A stretch of DNA of 64,000 nt from Amoebidium appalachense (taxonomy: Eukaryota > Protista > Ichthyosporea): NCBI GenBank assembly GCA_963693365.1, contig CAVNZM010000009.1:5947045-6011044 (forward strand), given 5' to 3'. The position numbers and the translations under genes are program-made. The notes beneath the pieces were generated by a model. That model saw only the letters and a program-made list of their open reading frames with translations. It ran no database searches and was not told the origin of the DNA. Numbering within the stretch: the first letter of the stretch is position 1; each line of letters begins with the position of its first letter. Positions 1 through 59,276 of the stretch are shown piece after piece.

Positions 1-807
1 AATGTGCCCCTGGAGTACGAGGGTCACATGAAAAAAACACAACGTTGTAGCTCGTATAGAACCCCCCTTGTAGCATAGTATATGTACATATGTTACCTAG
101 ACATTATTGGTCTTTCAATAACTACCCACAGAACAGCCTCTAGCACGAGAGATTTACCACAACGTTTATGGGGGGGATGGTGAATGTGCCTCTGGAGTAC
201 GAGGGTCACACGAAAAAAACACAACATTGTATCTCGAATAGAACCCCCCTTGTAGCATAGTATATGTACATATGTTACCTAGACATTATTGGTTTTTTCA
301 ATAACTACCCACAGAACAGCTTCTAGCACGAGACCTTTACCACAAAGTTTATGGGGGGGATGGTGAATGGGCCCCTGGAGTACGAGGGTCACACGAAAAA
401 AACACAACGTTGTAGCTCGTATAGAACCCCCCTTGTAGCATAGTATAAGTACATGTGTTACCTAGACATTATTCGTTTTTTCAATAACTACCCACAGAAC
501 AGCTTCTAGCACGAGAGCTTTACCGCAAAGTTTATGGGGGGGATGGTGAATGTGCCCCTGGAGTACGAGGGTCACACGAAAAAAACACAACGTTGTAGCT
601 CGTATAGAACCCCCCTTGTAGCATAGTATATGTACATAGTATGTTAGCTAGACATTATTGGTTTTTTCAATAACTACCCACAGAACAGCTTCTAGCACGA
701 GACCTTTACCACAAAGTTTATGGGGGGGATGGTGAATGTGCCCCTGGAGTACGAGGGTCACACGAAAAAAACACAATGTTGTAGCTCGAATAGACCGCCC
801 TTGTAGC
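1..807. repeat. Tandem satellite, ~182-186 bp unit, ~4.4 copies visible (continues past the left edge)
   Basis: Unit 'aatgtgcccctggagtacgagggtcac...' recurs at 1, 183, 366, 549 and 735 with few substitutions; the array stops after 'ttgtagc' at ~807. Confidence 0.95.
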
Positions 808-1374
808 AAACGACACTGCAAGTAATCAATCCCCTTGTTGGGGCGAGTAAAGAGTGACGGCACAAGAATCGTTATTCTTCATTTTGACAAAAGGGCTAGA
901 GTAGGTACAATAATAATGGGTATTACAAATATCTGTATGATGTAAGTGTAACACTGATTTTTTCATTTTTTTTATGTATGTATATCTTGTTGGGTGGAAG
1001 TACTATTGGCCTTGGTGCCGACAACTCATCACAGCTCACCAGGTCCTACATGTCGTTAATAAACAGCACATTCCCCCTTCCTTTCTTCTCACCTTCTGCC
1101 ACGCGCTTGCCAAAAAGACGGCGTCCTGTGTAAAAAAAAAAAAGGAGTACTAGTAGCCTACCGGTGGCGGGCTGGAGATTCGATTCATCACGAGTCGAAG
1201 CCTTTCATGCATGAGTCATGACACATTCAGGCATGCCAGTACATAAACGACTCTACCTGGACCACCACATGATCATCTCTCTCCTTTAGTTAGTTAGTTA
1301 ATATAATTAGTTAGGGTTTGCAAGCAGGGCCGAAAAGAGAGAGCCCCGAGCAGAGATCTACGTAATTATTAGCT

Positions 1375-2064
<690 letters not shown>

Positions 2065-2394
2065 TGTACGATGATATGTCTGAGGCCTTCAGTTTCTTCT
2101 CCCTCTCGATTGTTTTTCCCCTCGACCCCGGGACAAGACATAATTTTGTTCCCCAAAAAACAAATACAGCCTGTAGGATTTAATACCTAAGCTTTATTAA
2201 GGGTGCCAGACTGCAACGTAAGTTGTTTGTTCCGGCATAATAAACATAGAAGCTGTTGTTATCATTAACCTAGTACATAGTGTCGGTCTGTGAGGGCGGC
2301 CCTTTAAGCTCCTTTAGCTGCAACACCAATGTAGAAGCGGTGCTAGCGCTGTCATAGCTATAGTAGCTACGTTAACGTTCCCCGGGGGGAGGAA

Positions 2395-2433
<39 letters not shown>

Positions 2434-2616
2434 TTTTTCTGAACACCGTCGTTGCTGAAAGTCGACAATGCATGGCAATTCGACAGTTAACAGTAGTAAC
2501 AGTCAGATATTACGGAAAGAAAGGTGTGTACGTGCATGTGACACTTGTGCGCCTGTGTGTGTGTGCCACCACGTATGCGTTTGTGTGTGCCACGGTGTGT
2601 GTGTGTGCATGTATGC

Positions 2617-2722
<106 letters not shown>

Positions 2723-2828
2723 TACTGTGTGTATCGTACCTGTGTGTGTGTAAGCTGAGTAGTACATGTGCAAGTGTGTGTACGTGTTGTATGTGTGTGT
2801 ATGCGTGTGACTGTGCATGTGTCACAGT

Positions 2829-2883
<55 letters not shown>

Positions 2884-3377
2884 TGGCCAGGAAATGACCC
2901 CTCAAGTGAAATAACAAAAATCTGCACCCGGGCCACAACTTTACTCCGCCCTTCAGCGACCCCAACTCTCAGAATATATTACGACATTCATTCACAATAC
3001 ATTTGAGCCATGTAACAAAAACCTAATACCTAATTGGTTTAAACTTTGTTTTGCAGTTCTATATTTTTTCAACAGATCTAGGCCTCACGGTACTAAGCCT
3101 GGATGCCTTTAGGGAAGAAGATCAACCATTTCATGAATGAAGAATGGCGGGGAAGAGGGGGGGAAAAAAAAAGAAAAGAAAAAAAAGGAAGAAAAGGAAA
3201 AAGCCATAAGGGGTTTAAAATTGAAAAACAATTCATGAGTAAATAGTTGTATGAGATCCAAAGGACAAGCACTTCTGCAACTTAAATAATATAAACTTGA
3301 CTTAGTGATGTGTGTGGTATGGTAGGCAGTCAATCACGATAAAGTCACGCATTATGAGCTCTCTCTCTCTCTCTCTC

Positions 3378-3416
<39 letters not shown>

Positions 3417-3806
3417 CCCCCCCCCCCTCTTCCCCCATCCCCCCCGCCCTCCCTCTCCATCTCCCTCCCTCTCTCTCTCGCTCTCTCTCTCTCTATCTCT
3501 CCCTCTCTCTCTCTGTGTGTGTGTGTGTGTGTGTGATGTGGTGGTGCTTACGAACATGGAACAACTCCGTGCATGAGTCAACCGCTCCTTACACACAAAA
3601 CATAAAATCTAATCCTACTGCGGCAGTTTGTGGGTGCGCTCAAATTCAGTCCCATACATCAATACATCGATAGTAAAACACAGAGTTTGATTTGATTTCA
3701 TTAAGTTCGCTACTAATAAACATTATTGACAAGCCAAACACCTACAGCAATGCTCGCAACCAGCCGCAGATCTCCAATTTGCATGCCGATTACGGTGGAT
3801 CGGAGA

Positions 3807-25019
<21,213 letters not shown>

Positions 25020-25576
25020 CGTCTGCTTGGCCGTCTCCTGTTGCCTCCAGACACTCAAGCGTGAAACGTATGTTTTATATAACTAAATAGGAGGCTGTAC
25101 ACTCTCCAACGATAACTATACTGCCGAGTTAACTTCACAGGTCATTCCTTGTTTGTATAAGCTGCTTATAGGCGTTAACAAAAAAATTCTGTCCCTTTTT
25201 AACCTCAAACCACAAAAGCCGACCAATGATCCTTGCTTGGTCGGACAGATCTCTCCTGTCTGAGAGGCTTACAGTTTGCCTTGGGCTGTGAGAGTGTGTT
25301 GCTGATTCATACAGGTGGCATACATCGCTCCCTATGAGCATGTGTGTATGTGTGTGTTGCGTGTATGTGTGTGTGCGCGCGCCTACGCGTGTATGTCACT
25401 AGATTTCTAAACCCTGCCTATTCTTGCTCTCGCTCCAAAAAAACCCAACGCTCTTTTCTGTACAACTTGGCGCCACTTGCGACTGCCAGAAACAACGTAC
25501 CGTAGTAGTCTACTTGAGGGTCGCGCTACCTCAAGTCCCAGAATCTAAAACTTTGCAGACTGTCTAATCGGTAAGA

Positions 25577-25610
25577 TGACGTCACCATATTTAGACTAAT
25601 GTTTGCGCAA
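25577..25610. promoter_or_regulatory. Candidate bZIP sites (CRE TGACGTCA; TTGCGCAA) upstream of UBE3A
   Basis: Perfect palindromes at 25577-25584 and ~25603-25610, ~560 bp upstream of the inferred ATG; function is inferred only. Confidence 0.3.
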
Positions 25611-25932
25611 CTCCCTCGGCTCCTGGGCCTTGGCCGGCCCGCGCCCTCGCCAGCCTGTGTTCAGGGGGCCGTGCTCGCCCCCCCCCCCCCCCCCCCCCCC
25701 CGCCCCCCCCCACCACCCCCCCCCCGCCCCCCCCCCCACCACCACCACCACCGCCACCACCACCGCCGCCGCCACCACCACCACCACCACAACACACCCA
25801 CCCACCCACCCACCGCCACCACCACCACCACCACCACCACCACCATCACCACCACCACACACACACCACCCCCCCAGCCCCTGCCCACGTGCACTCCGCG
25901 TATCGGACAGAAAAATGTTCCCAAAACCTATC

Positions 25933-25980
25933 GGGTTTTACGCTGTTTACTCGAGGCTAAGAGAGACCAGTCTCAGGTAT
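25933..25980 (-). mobile_element. Solo 3'-terminal fragment of the LINE family at 54870-61114
   Basis: 'gggttttacgctgtttactcgaggctaagagagaccagtctcaggtat' closely matches 55727-55772, the extreme 3' end of the LINE. Confidence 0.85.
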
Positions 25981-26239
25981 TGGTACAGCAGGCGGGTGAG
26001 TGGGTGGGTGGGTGGTGGTGGTGGGGGGGGGGGGGGGGAGGGGGGGAGGGAGGGGGGGATCCTATCATGTACATGTATTCCCCCTCCCCGGGTTCTTTTC
26101 CCTACTAGTGTGCACGTGCTTCCACCTAATCCCCTGCTACCCCCGGCACCGTCACACACACCCTCTCTCGACACTGCAGGGCCTATGTAAGTACTACGGC
26201 CACATCGATATCAACAGAACCGATCACGACTGTGCTCCG

Positions 26240-27005
26240 AGCAGAATTATTCTTCAAAAAGAATACCGAAAAAGCAGAATCATATTAAAAAAATACAGAA
26301 TTCTTCTGCAAAAGGCAGAATTGTTCATCAAAAGCAGAAAAATCTATTTAAAAAAATACGGAAGCGTAATTCTGCAAAGGGCAGAATTGTTCAGCAAAAG
26401 TAGAATTATTCTGCTCAGCCTCCAAGCAGAGTGCTTTTGCAGAATACTAAAAGCAGAAATTTAAAAATTGTGCTGTTTGCAGATTAATTCCTCTAAAACC
26501 AGAAGCCAGAATAATTGTGCTGTTTGCAAAACAATTTTTCTAAAAGCAGAATGACTGTGCTGTTTGCAGAATAATTCTTCTAAAAGCAGAATGACTGTGC
26601 TGTTTGCAGAATAATTCTTCTAAAAGCAGAAACAATTGTGTCGTTTGCAGCCTGAATAATGTAACTAACATTAATTGTGCAGGATGCAGCATATATTTTC
26701 AAAAAGCAGAATATTTGTCCTGTCTGCAGCCTTGAAATCTTCTAAAACTATAAAGGCCTTGTGCTGTTTGCAGAATAACTCTTCGAAAAGCAGAATAATC
26801 ATGTTTGTGTTGTTTGCAGTAGAATGCGATTGAATGACCATTGTGCCGGATGCAGAATACATCTAATAGAAGCAGTGACTGAGCTGTTTGCAAGAATAAT
26901 GTGACCGAGAACAAGTGTGCTGCATGCAGAATACAGTACCTTCTCGGTGTACGGTAAAAGCATAATAATATTCGATTTTAATGTGCTGTTAGCAGAATAA
27001 TTTGG
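26240..27005. repeat. Degenerate ~40-bp minisatellite
   Basis: Unit 'taaaagcagaatgactgtgctgtttgcagaataattcttc' is exact at 26541-26580 and 26581-26620 and degenerate on both sides. Confidence 0.85.
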
Positions 27006-27083
27006 CATGCAGCAGGCTCATTCTAGATTACTTCTTCTCATGTCAAGTGGAGCAGTATGGCACACGTGCAGCTGTGCACGTGG

Positions 27084-27136
<53 letters not shown>

Positions 27137-28264
27137 GCGCGCGCGCGCAAGCATGCCGGCAATTACACTTACACACAAGCACACTGACACGCGGGCACAT
27201 GTACGTGCATATAAATGTGCACGTACAAAGATACCACAATCACACATGCCCGCGTGCATACACATACACACACCGTGTACAGTATACGCGCACACACTGT
27301 GACAGGAACACATGTACACACGGCACCTGACATACCCATGTGCGTGCACTGCGACAAAAGTTTATATATTCCCTCAGCACGTTTATTCTGCCCATGTGTT
27401 TGGGCCCTCATGAATGATTTGTCAATAAAACATGCATCATACAACTACACATCTCACATTTGACCGTATTGTGTAGCTGCCGCCACTCAACGGTATGTAC
27501 ATGTACACCCCTACTGCAGAATCGACAAGAGGCCTCCTCCAGAGACTCTAAAGCAAGATTTCGCTACTAGCTATTACAGTATTTATGTACATTACCACTA
27601 CCAATATAAATACACCAGTCGTAATAAAACCGTAAAAAACCTACGCGATTACCAACAGCAACCACCCATGTAAGACCCCGTGCACGTGCCTCCGCGTGTT
27701 TGCCCCTTAAGTCACGTGACATTCCACACATACCAATGCTCAGTTTCAAGCTGGCGATTTAGAGTCGCATGGTCAACAAAATAAAGTTACAACTGAACAT
27801 ACATACACACGAACGAAAATGCAACATTACAAAGACGTAGATCAGAGAACTCTACTACGTATGACTGACCGGTTCAGTATTGACCACATTCTCAAAAATG
27901 GTAATAGCTATCCGTTGTCAAATTTCTAAAGAGCAAAAAAAAAAGGTCCCTCATATGAGCAAGGTTTCTGGCACATTATGATACACAAGACACTGTTCGA
28001 CAGGAACATTCTACATCAAACTTACCATTCAACTCTGCGAATGTACAAACGTAGTTTCTTTAAGATGTTTCCTATGGTTGGTTCATTAATTGCCACCTTT
28101 TTGCCACAGGTGACCAACCCGGTGGGCGTATTACCATAAGTTCTTTAAAGGTCTTTCCTATGGATATGGATGCCTTTTACCGTGTTGTATTTGCCAACAA
28201 CCACTAAACTCTGTGAATACAATACCGACATTACTTTAAGGTGGCTTCTAGCAGTATGTGTAGA

Positions 28265-43910
<15,646 letters not shown>

Positions 43911-44772
43911 GTTTGTGTAATAGCATGTGCTCAAGCACACGTGATTTACTTGAGAAAAAGGGGCGGAGAAAGGTATTGTCGTAGTGTTTGTGTGGGGTGA
44001 GTTGGGAAGGAATATGCGTCCAGGTTTAGAAAATGCACGAACTTCAAGTGTAAGGTTGGGTTTCAGACTTTGAAGGGCTAACAGGGCAAGGGGGCGTCGC
44101 AGGATGTTTCGCCTGGATGAGTAACCAAGGATGTGCATTCACGTTCAAGAATGCGAATGTTAAAAGAAAGCAGAAGACTGCAGAATGTGGCACAGTGCCA
44201 CATGTTGAAAGTGTTCGGTGAATAATGACTGACGGAAGAATGTGTTTGTTTTCTGTGTTTGGTTCCAATTGGATGCTTTTCGCGCCAAAAATTGTTGGGA
44301 GCCAATGAAATGTGACTATTTGTGGATATGACGTCACTCACTACTCTGTCAAAGCCTCTGAGACAGGCTGAGGTTTCTCTGTTTCACTTCCTGTAGCTGG
44401 GTGATCACGTGAGTTATATTACGTAAGTTAATTTGGCCGTATACTTGAGCACGAACCGTACGACGTAACCAGAATTAGAGCTAATGGGACTTGGAAGTTT
44501 TTGAGCTTTTTGGTTATTTTGTTTTTTCTTCATACAAGAGTTTAGGCGCTTTTGCCGAGTTGATGGTTTTTGGTTTCGTTTCGAACGTGTGTTCGCGCTG
44601 CAGAAATGCAGGGGTCAACCCTCGCTCCTATGTAGACTCCCTCCACCAGGCCAGTATCACAGATACACCTTCAAAAAGAAAGAGGCGCTCTTCTGGCGCA
44701 AATCTGACTAGAATTTCGCTCGTGGAGACAAGAGATCACACACGTCCTTTTTTGTCTAACACACATTTCGCC
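43911..44772. promoter_or_regulatory. Bidirectional promoter between MUTYH and the + strand gene
   Basis: Head-to-head ATGs ~860 bp apart, no microsatellites; TTTCGCGCCAAA (E2F-type) 44278-44289, CCAAT ~44265 and ~44302, TGACGTCA 44329-44336, TCACGTGA ~44405-44412, TTACGTAA ~44419-44426. Confidence 0.6.
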
Positions 44773-53695
<8,923 letters not shown>

Positions 53696-53957
53696 AAGTG
53701 GGCACTGGGTGTTATGTAGTGCTCAGTTTGTTCTTGGGCTATCTAGAAGGCTGGTCATTATGCACATATGGAATAACAACCAACCACGCAATATCAGTGA
53801 AAGTTTTGAACGTGCCTGATTAAAGGTGCAAATTTGCTGATAGAGAATGAATCATCTTGTGTATGTGTATGGTTTATTAAAGAGTTTGTCAGCTGGATTT
53901 TCCCCATATGAATGATTAGTCGCTGGACTGGGCGCTTGGGTGATCAGAGGCTGGTTT

Positions 53958-53996
<39 letters not shown>

Positions 53997-55920
53997 TTTT
54001 GGTTTGTTTCCTAAGAAAGGAATAGAAACGAAAGTTATATCATATCATGGTTGGTTTGTTGGACGGTCATAATGATAGGCACATGCATGTATCGGGTCAG
54101 CTTAAGCATTGAGGAGTACATATCGGCAAATCATTATGATCTCCTATTTTAGCAGTGTCCACACGGTATATAGAACACAATTTTTGATGTATTTTTTTGG
54201 CGTTGACTTAAGGCATGTTAACGTAGTTTATTTGTCAACCATAAGCATAAGGTTTGTGTAACGGTTTTGGGCCATTTTTCGAATTCTTTAGTGGTTTGGA
54301 TGTTGTCAAACCAGTAACCTTCTCTACGTCTGTACCCCTTGGATGGTGATTTTGGAGTTTTAGCAGATCATTAATTGCAGGGAGTGGTAGAGTCCGAAAT
54401 AGTTCAATTGGTAGAGTATTTATTTTGGAACAAGAAATTATAGATTTGTTCGTCGGCTAAAACAAAAGTATATACTCCTGTATAGCAACAAGATGCCTTT
54501 CCAAAGGAAGTTAGGTTATTCTCAGCTTAACTCTCTTAGTATCTAGAGTATCTTAGGAATGCAGATATCAATCACCTACGTATGACCATCCATGACCATC
54601 AATGAAAAATCAGCGCCAAAATTCTTCATTAACCGGCGCATAGGCATTATTGCACAGTATCCATGAAGGCCAACTTACCTACAGCCCCCCGTATATAGAT
54701 GTATATCCCAATCATGTGATATATTTGGAGGAGATATATCAGAATTCGAAGGTATGATAAGCATATCGCCAATGCATGTCAGGGGTCCACCCGGGGTTCA
54801 AGGTGCACAAGGGTTCAAGGGTTGAGAATCCGGGGAGATTCGTGCCGATTTACCTACATATATAGCCTCTCTCTCTTTTCTTGGTGTGTTAATTGTGGAC
54901 ATGTCCCGTCATCTTGGTTAGATACCTTAGTGATCCCCATAGTTAAGAAGGACTCTGAGGGCCCCATATCATCCTTTCGCCCCATTACACTAACCCAGTT
55001 GTTCGTAGATTCTTTGAAGCTTGCTTACTTAGGTTATTTGCACATCACCCTAGGTTTCTGAATCTATTCTTCACATACACCCATGCCAATCCGCTTTTCG
55101 TAAAAACAATTCATGTTATGTTCAAATAATGGCACTGCACGATTCTATGCAAGTTGGTGCACGATATGTTGGCTTTATTGATTGGAAAACTGCTTACGAT
55201 TCTGTCTCCCCTGGTCTCCTATGGGAAAAGCTTGCTGCACGGGGTGTACCACACTGCATTGGTGTTCTGTTAGAAGCACTCTTGTCTCAAACCTATGGTA
55301 GAGCTGTGGTTAATGGGCATCTTTCATATGGTTTTGCTCGTACTAGAGGTCTCTTGCAGGGTTCATTGCTTAGCCCCTTTTTGTTTAACCTATTTATAGA
55401 TGATTTGGCTGTCAAGATTTACGCCGAAAACGATGACCCTATTAATATCTTTCCGCCTGCACTTCTCTACGCTGATGATCTGTCCCTCCTTGCCCGTACC
55501 CCTAGACGCCTGCAAAGATTGTTCGATGTAGTGTCAGAGTGGTGCAAGGCAAACCTTATGATCCTTAACATAGACAAATGTGGTGTTCTTGTACCTGATA
55601 TAGCCAACAATTTACACACATTTACATTATCATCTAAACCTGTACCTATAGTCCCAGAATACAAATATCTTGGTGTTCCGGTTGATTCTGTTGGTGTTAT
55701 GTTTCCCCATATGGTCGAAAAGAGGGGGGTTTACGCTGTTTACTCGAGGCAAAGAGAACCAGTCTCAGGTATGGGGGGGGGGGTTTTGCTCGGAATATCC
55801 CCTCAGCGGTATATCATGATCACGTACATAGATGTCGGGTGGTGACTATATATCAGGGTTTACTTTCTCTACGAGACACCATAAAGACTACAAGGAGAAA
55901 TCAATTAGTTGGGGTTCCCC

Positions 55921-55981
<61 letters not shown>

Positions 55982-56013
55982 GGGCTCCCCTCGGGACACT
56001 CGGTATCAGCTGG

Positions 56014-56078
<65 letters not shown>

Positions 56079-56082
56079 TGCG

Positions 56083-59000
56083 CTATAATTTTGTAGTGAT
56101 GTGTTTCTCAAGCCAATCAATACATCTAATAAACAGGTCGTAGTTACGCGTGTTTAGTATAAAATCAAGGATGTTGTAATTTACAGGTAGGCTATCTTTC
56201 TGGGTGTCTGTTGTGAATGTGACGTGTGTGTGTTGCGGTATTATGTGGTCTATCAAACTACATTTGGCGATACATGACCGGTTAAACTGGTGTGTGTGTG
56301 TGTTGTTTGGGCATGCAAATGATGCCACCTTATACTTATTAGATCTCCACTGTATAGCACGTGTACAGTAAAAGCGTGGTAATTGATCAATAATACCATC
56401 AGCTAGAGAAAGACCAGTTCTACAGGAAGGTAATATGTATTTAGGTGTTATACACTTGCGAGTGCCATATTTGGCAATATGGTTGAGGCGGTCAGTATAT
56501 ATAAAACGAGACATAAGGCTTAGTTTTTCAAGGTGTATGCTTTCATCGGGTCTAGTGTCGTGTGGTATCTTTTTCCATTTGTTATATTGCGTGATTATCT
56601 TGTGATTGTGTACATGTTTAATAAGTAAGTGGCAGTCCAAAGTCACACACACACTATTGCGGGGTTTATTTGTATTTGTGCCCAGGGGAGAAGGGGAGAG
56701 AGAGGGGAGGAAAGAGGGGAGAGGTGAGGAGGGGACAGGTCGGATAGAGAAGAGAGGGTGGGAGGGCAAATACTTCTTTAAGCGGCTTATGTGCTTATTG
56801 AATTTCAGCGCGAGATAGGATACTCTAGCAGCTATTGGGACCAGACCATATATCGAGAGCGTTACAGGCCCAGGTTTACAACAGTTGTTAGATAGAAAGG
56901 AGGCAACTTCTGCTTCAAGGAAATTTGCCAAGGGTTTAAGCGCTCTAGTTCTCTCTTTCTTGATCCAAGCGGCGAGAAGGGGTAAACCATATTCACATGC
57001 CGGGAAGACAAAAGTGCGAATAAATGTAAGTCTAATAGAAGGATGGAGGGGTGTGTCTTTAAAAATATTAGCCGAGAAGAAAGCTAACCGCTTACGAGCC
57101 AACTCTACCCTCTTTTCGACCATATGGGGAAACATAACACCAACAGAATCAACCGGAACACCAAGATATTTGTATTCTGGAACTATAGGTACAGGTTTAG
57201 ATGATAATGTAAATGTGTGTAAATTGTTAGCTATATCAGGTACAAGAACACCACATTTGTCTATGTTAAGGATCATAAGGTTTGCCTTGCACCACTCTGA
57301 CACTACATCGAACAATCTTTGCAGGCGTCTAGGGGTACGGGCAAGGAGGGACAGATCATCAGCATAGAGAAGTGCAGGCGGAAAGTTATTAATAGGGTCA
57401 TCGTTTTCGGCGTAAATCTTGACAGCCAAATCATCTATAAATAGGTTAAACAAAAAGGGGCTAAGCAATGAACCCTGCAAGAGACCTCTAGTACGAGCAA
57501 AACCATATGAAAGATGCCCATTAACCACAGCTCTACCATAGGTTTGAGACAAGAGTGCTTCTAACAGAACACCAATGCAGTGTGGTACACCCCGTGCAGC
57601 AAGCTTTTCCCATAGGAGACCAGGGGAGACAGAATCGTAAGCAGTTTTCCAATCAATAAAGCCAACATATTGTGCACCAACTTGCATAGAATCGTGCAGT
57701 GCCATTATTTGAACATAACATGAATTGTTTTTACGAAAAGCGGATTGGCATGGGTGTATGTGAAGAATAGATTGAAACCTAGGGTGATGTGCAAATAACC
57801 TAAGTAAGCAAGCTTCAAAGAATCTACGAACAACCTGGGTTAGTGTAATGGGGCGAAAGGATGATATGGGGCCCTCAGAGTCCTTCTTAACTATGGGGAT
57901 CACTAAGGTATCTAACCAAGATGACGGGACATGTCCACATTTAACACACCAAGAAAAGAGAGAGCTTAACATGATAGTAAGATCAGGTTTAATAGCACGA
58001 TCACTTTCCTTTTGTGGGTAGGAGGGAACAAGGATTTTAAGAAACCCAGCAGGGAGTCCATCAGGTCCACAAGACTTACTAGAGCTATAACTAGATATCA
58101 CAGACCATATGGCATCGGGACTGAAAAAGGGGAGGATCGATTCTATGGGGATAGATGGGTCTACAGGCCACACAATAGGTTTCTGAGCGGGGGTCCTATC
58201 TTTAAACAGTTCCGAGAAATACTTATCAGAGTCTATGAGGGGGTCTCCAGTGGTATCACCAATAATACGAGCAGGGGGGCCAAATCGATTCATACTAGCA
58301 AGCCGGCGCAAGCTTTCCTTTTGAGACAGGGGTTCACCTAGTCTAGCGGGAGTGGTGTTTGGTAACAAGAGAGCATCGGGATATTCCTTCCTACCACCGC
58401 CAGCATAATCACCGAGATCTATCAAATCATCAACAATAAAGTTAGTGCATGTATCTAGTACGAGATGTGAATCTGGCCTGGCTTGTGCAGATTCTAATAG
58501 GCGCATATATATAGGGTGTTTCGTAGCATAGCATACACATACATCAACTCTACCCCACTGTGACTTAAGCTGGGATAGACGGAGGCGAAAGGTGGGAGGG
58601 GGAGGGGGGAGCAGATCAAGGGAGATCTTAGGTAGGAAAAGGATAGGAGAGTGGTCAGATGACCTAGAGAGGTTAGGAGGGAGAGAGAGTTTTGACATGG
58701 TTGATGGCCAAAAGGCCACTCCCCAGTCGGTGTTGTGGGCATGGGATATTTGAGGGAACCGCAAAGTGTGACTTTGGACATACCTTGCTAAAGGGATAGC
58801 ACGCTCCGGGGGCTTAGATGGGTACCCGACACTCACTTGCAGTGTGTCTGTGTGGTGGAGTCGCGTGTTAAAATCACCTAAAATAATAGTGGACATTGGT
58901 AACTGTGACAACTCGTGAGTCAATTCGACAACCGACATAGATGGTGGGTAATATACAAAAGTAAAAACATTAGAAAGAAACTCTATAGAAACCGAGAATT

Positions 59001-59276
59001 CCGTTTTTGCTACCGGTTTGCACTTCACTCTCACGTGTGGTGCGGCAAGTACAATAATGCCTCGGTTTTTCGCGTAACCGGGGTGTGTGGATGTGTCGAC
59101 CAATGTAGAGTTGAATTTGTGGTGGTTTTTAAACTGTGTTTCGCAAATCACTGTAAACGTGTGGTTGTTTGTCTGTTGTTGTATGTAGCTGATTTTATCG
59201 TCGAGTGTCCCGGGGGGAGGCCCTTTTGGGGGCCCAGTGTCCGAGCATTCCAGAAGAAGAAGGATAAATTAGGCAT
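56083..59276 (-). CDS. LINE ORF2: AP endonuclease + reverse transcriptase + C-terminal Cys-containing region; frameshift near the N-terminus
   Basis: APE motifs FFWNARTL (from ATG 59276, a different frame), ICETQ, ILGDFN, SDH; RT motifs GPDG, FRPITL, IDWKTAYDSV, QGSLLSP, YADD, YKYLG; 1022-aa open body. Confidence 0.92.

Noticed and set aside
1-807. CRISPR-like array
   Set aside because: Whole units are repeated with no unique spacers, no cas genes, and the context is eukaryotic.
2383-2430. Poly-G runs as two-colour sequencing artefacts
   Set aside because: Runs occur on both strands, avoid exons and track gene orientation, so they appear real, though exact lengths are uncertain.
55922-55977. 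Poly(A) tail as the LINE 3' end
   Set aside because: Both copies share ~200 further nt beyond it and the TSD abuts the C-run, so the poly(A) is internal.
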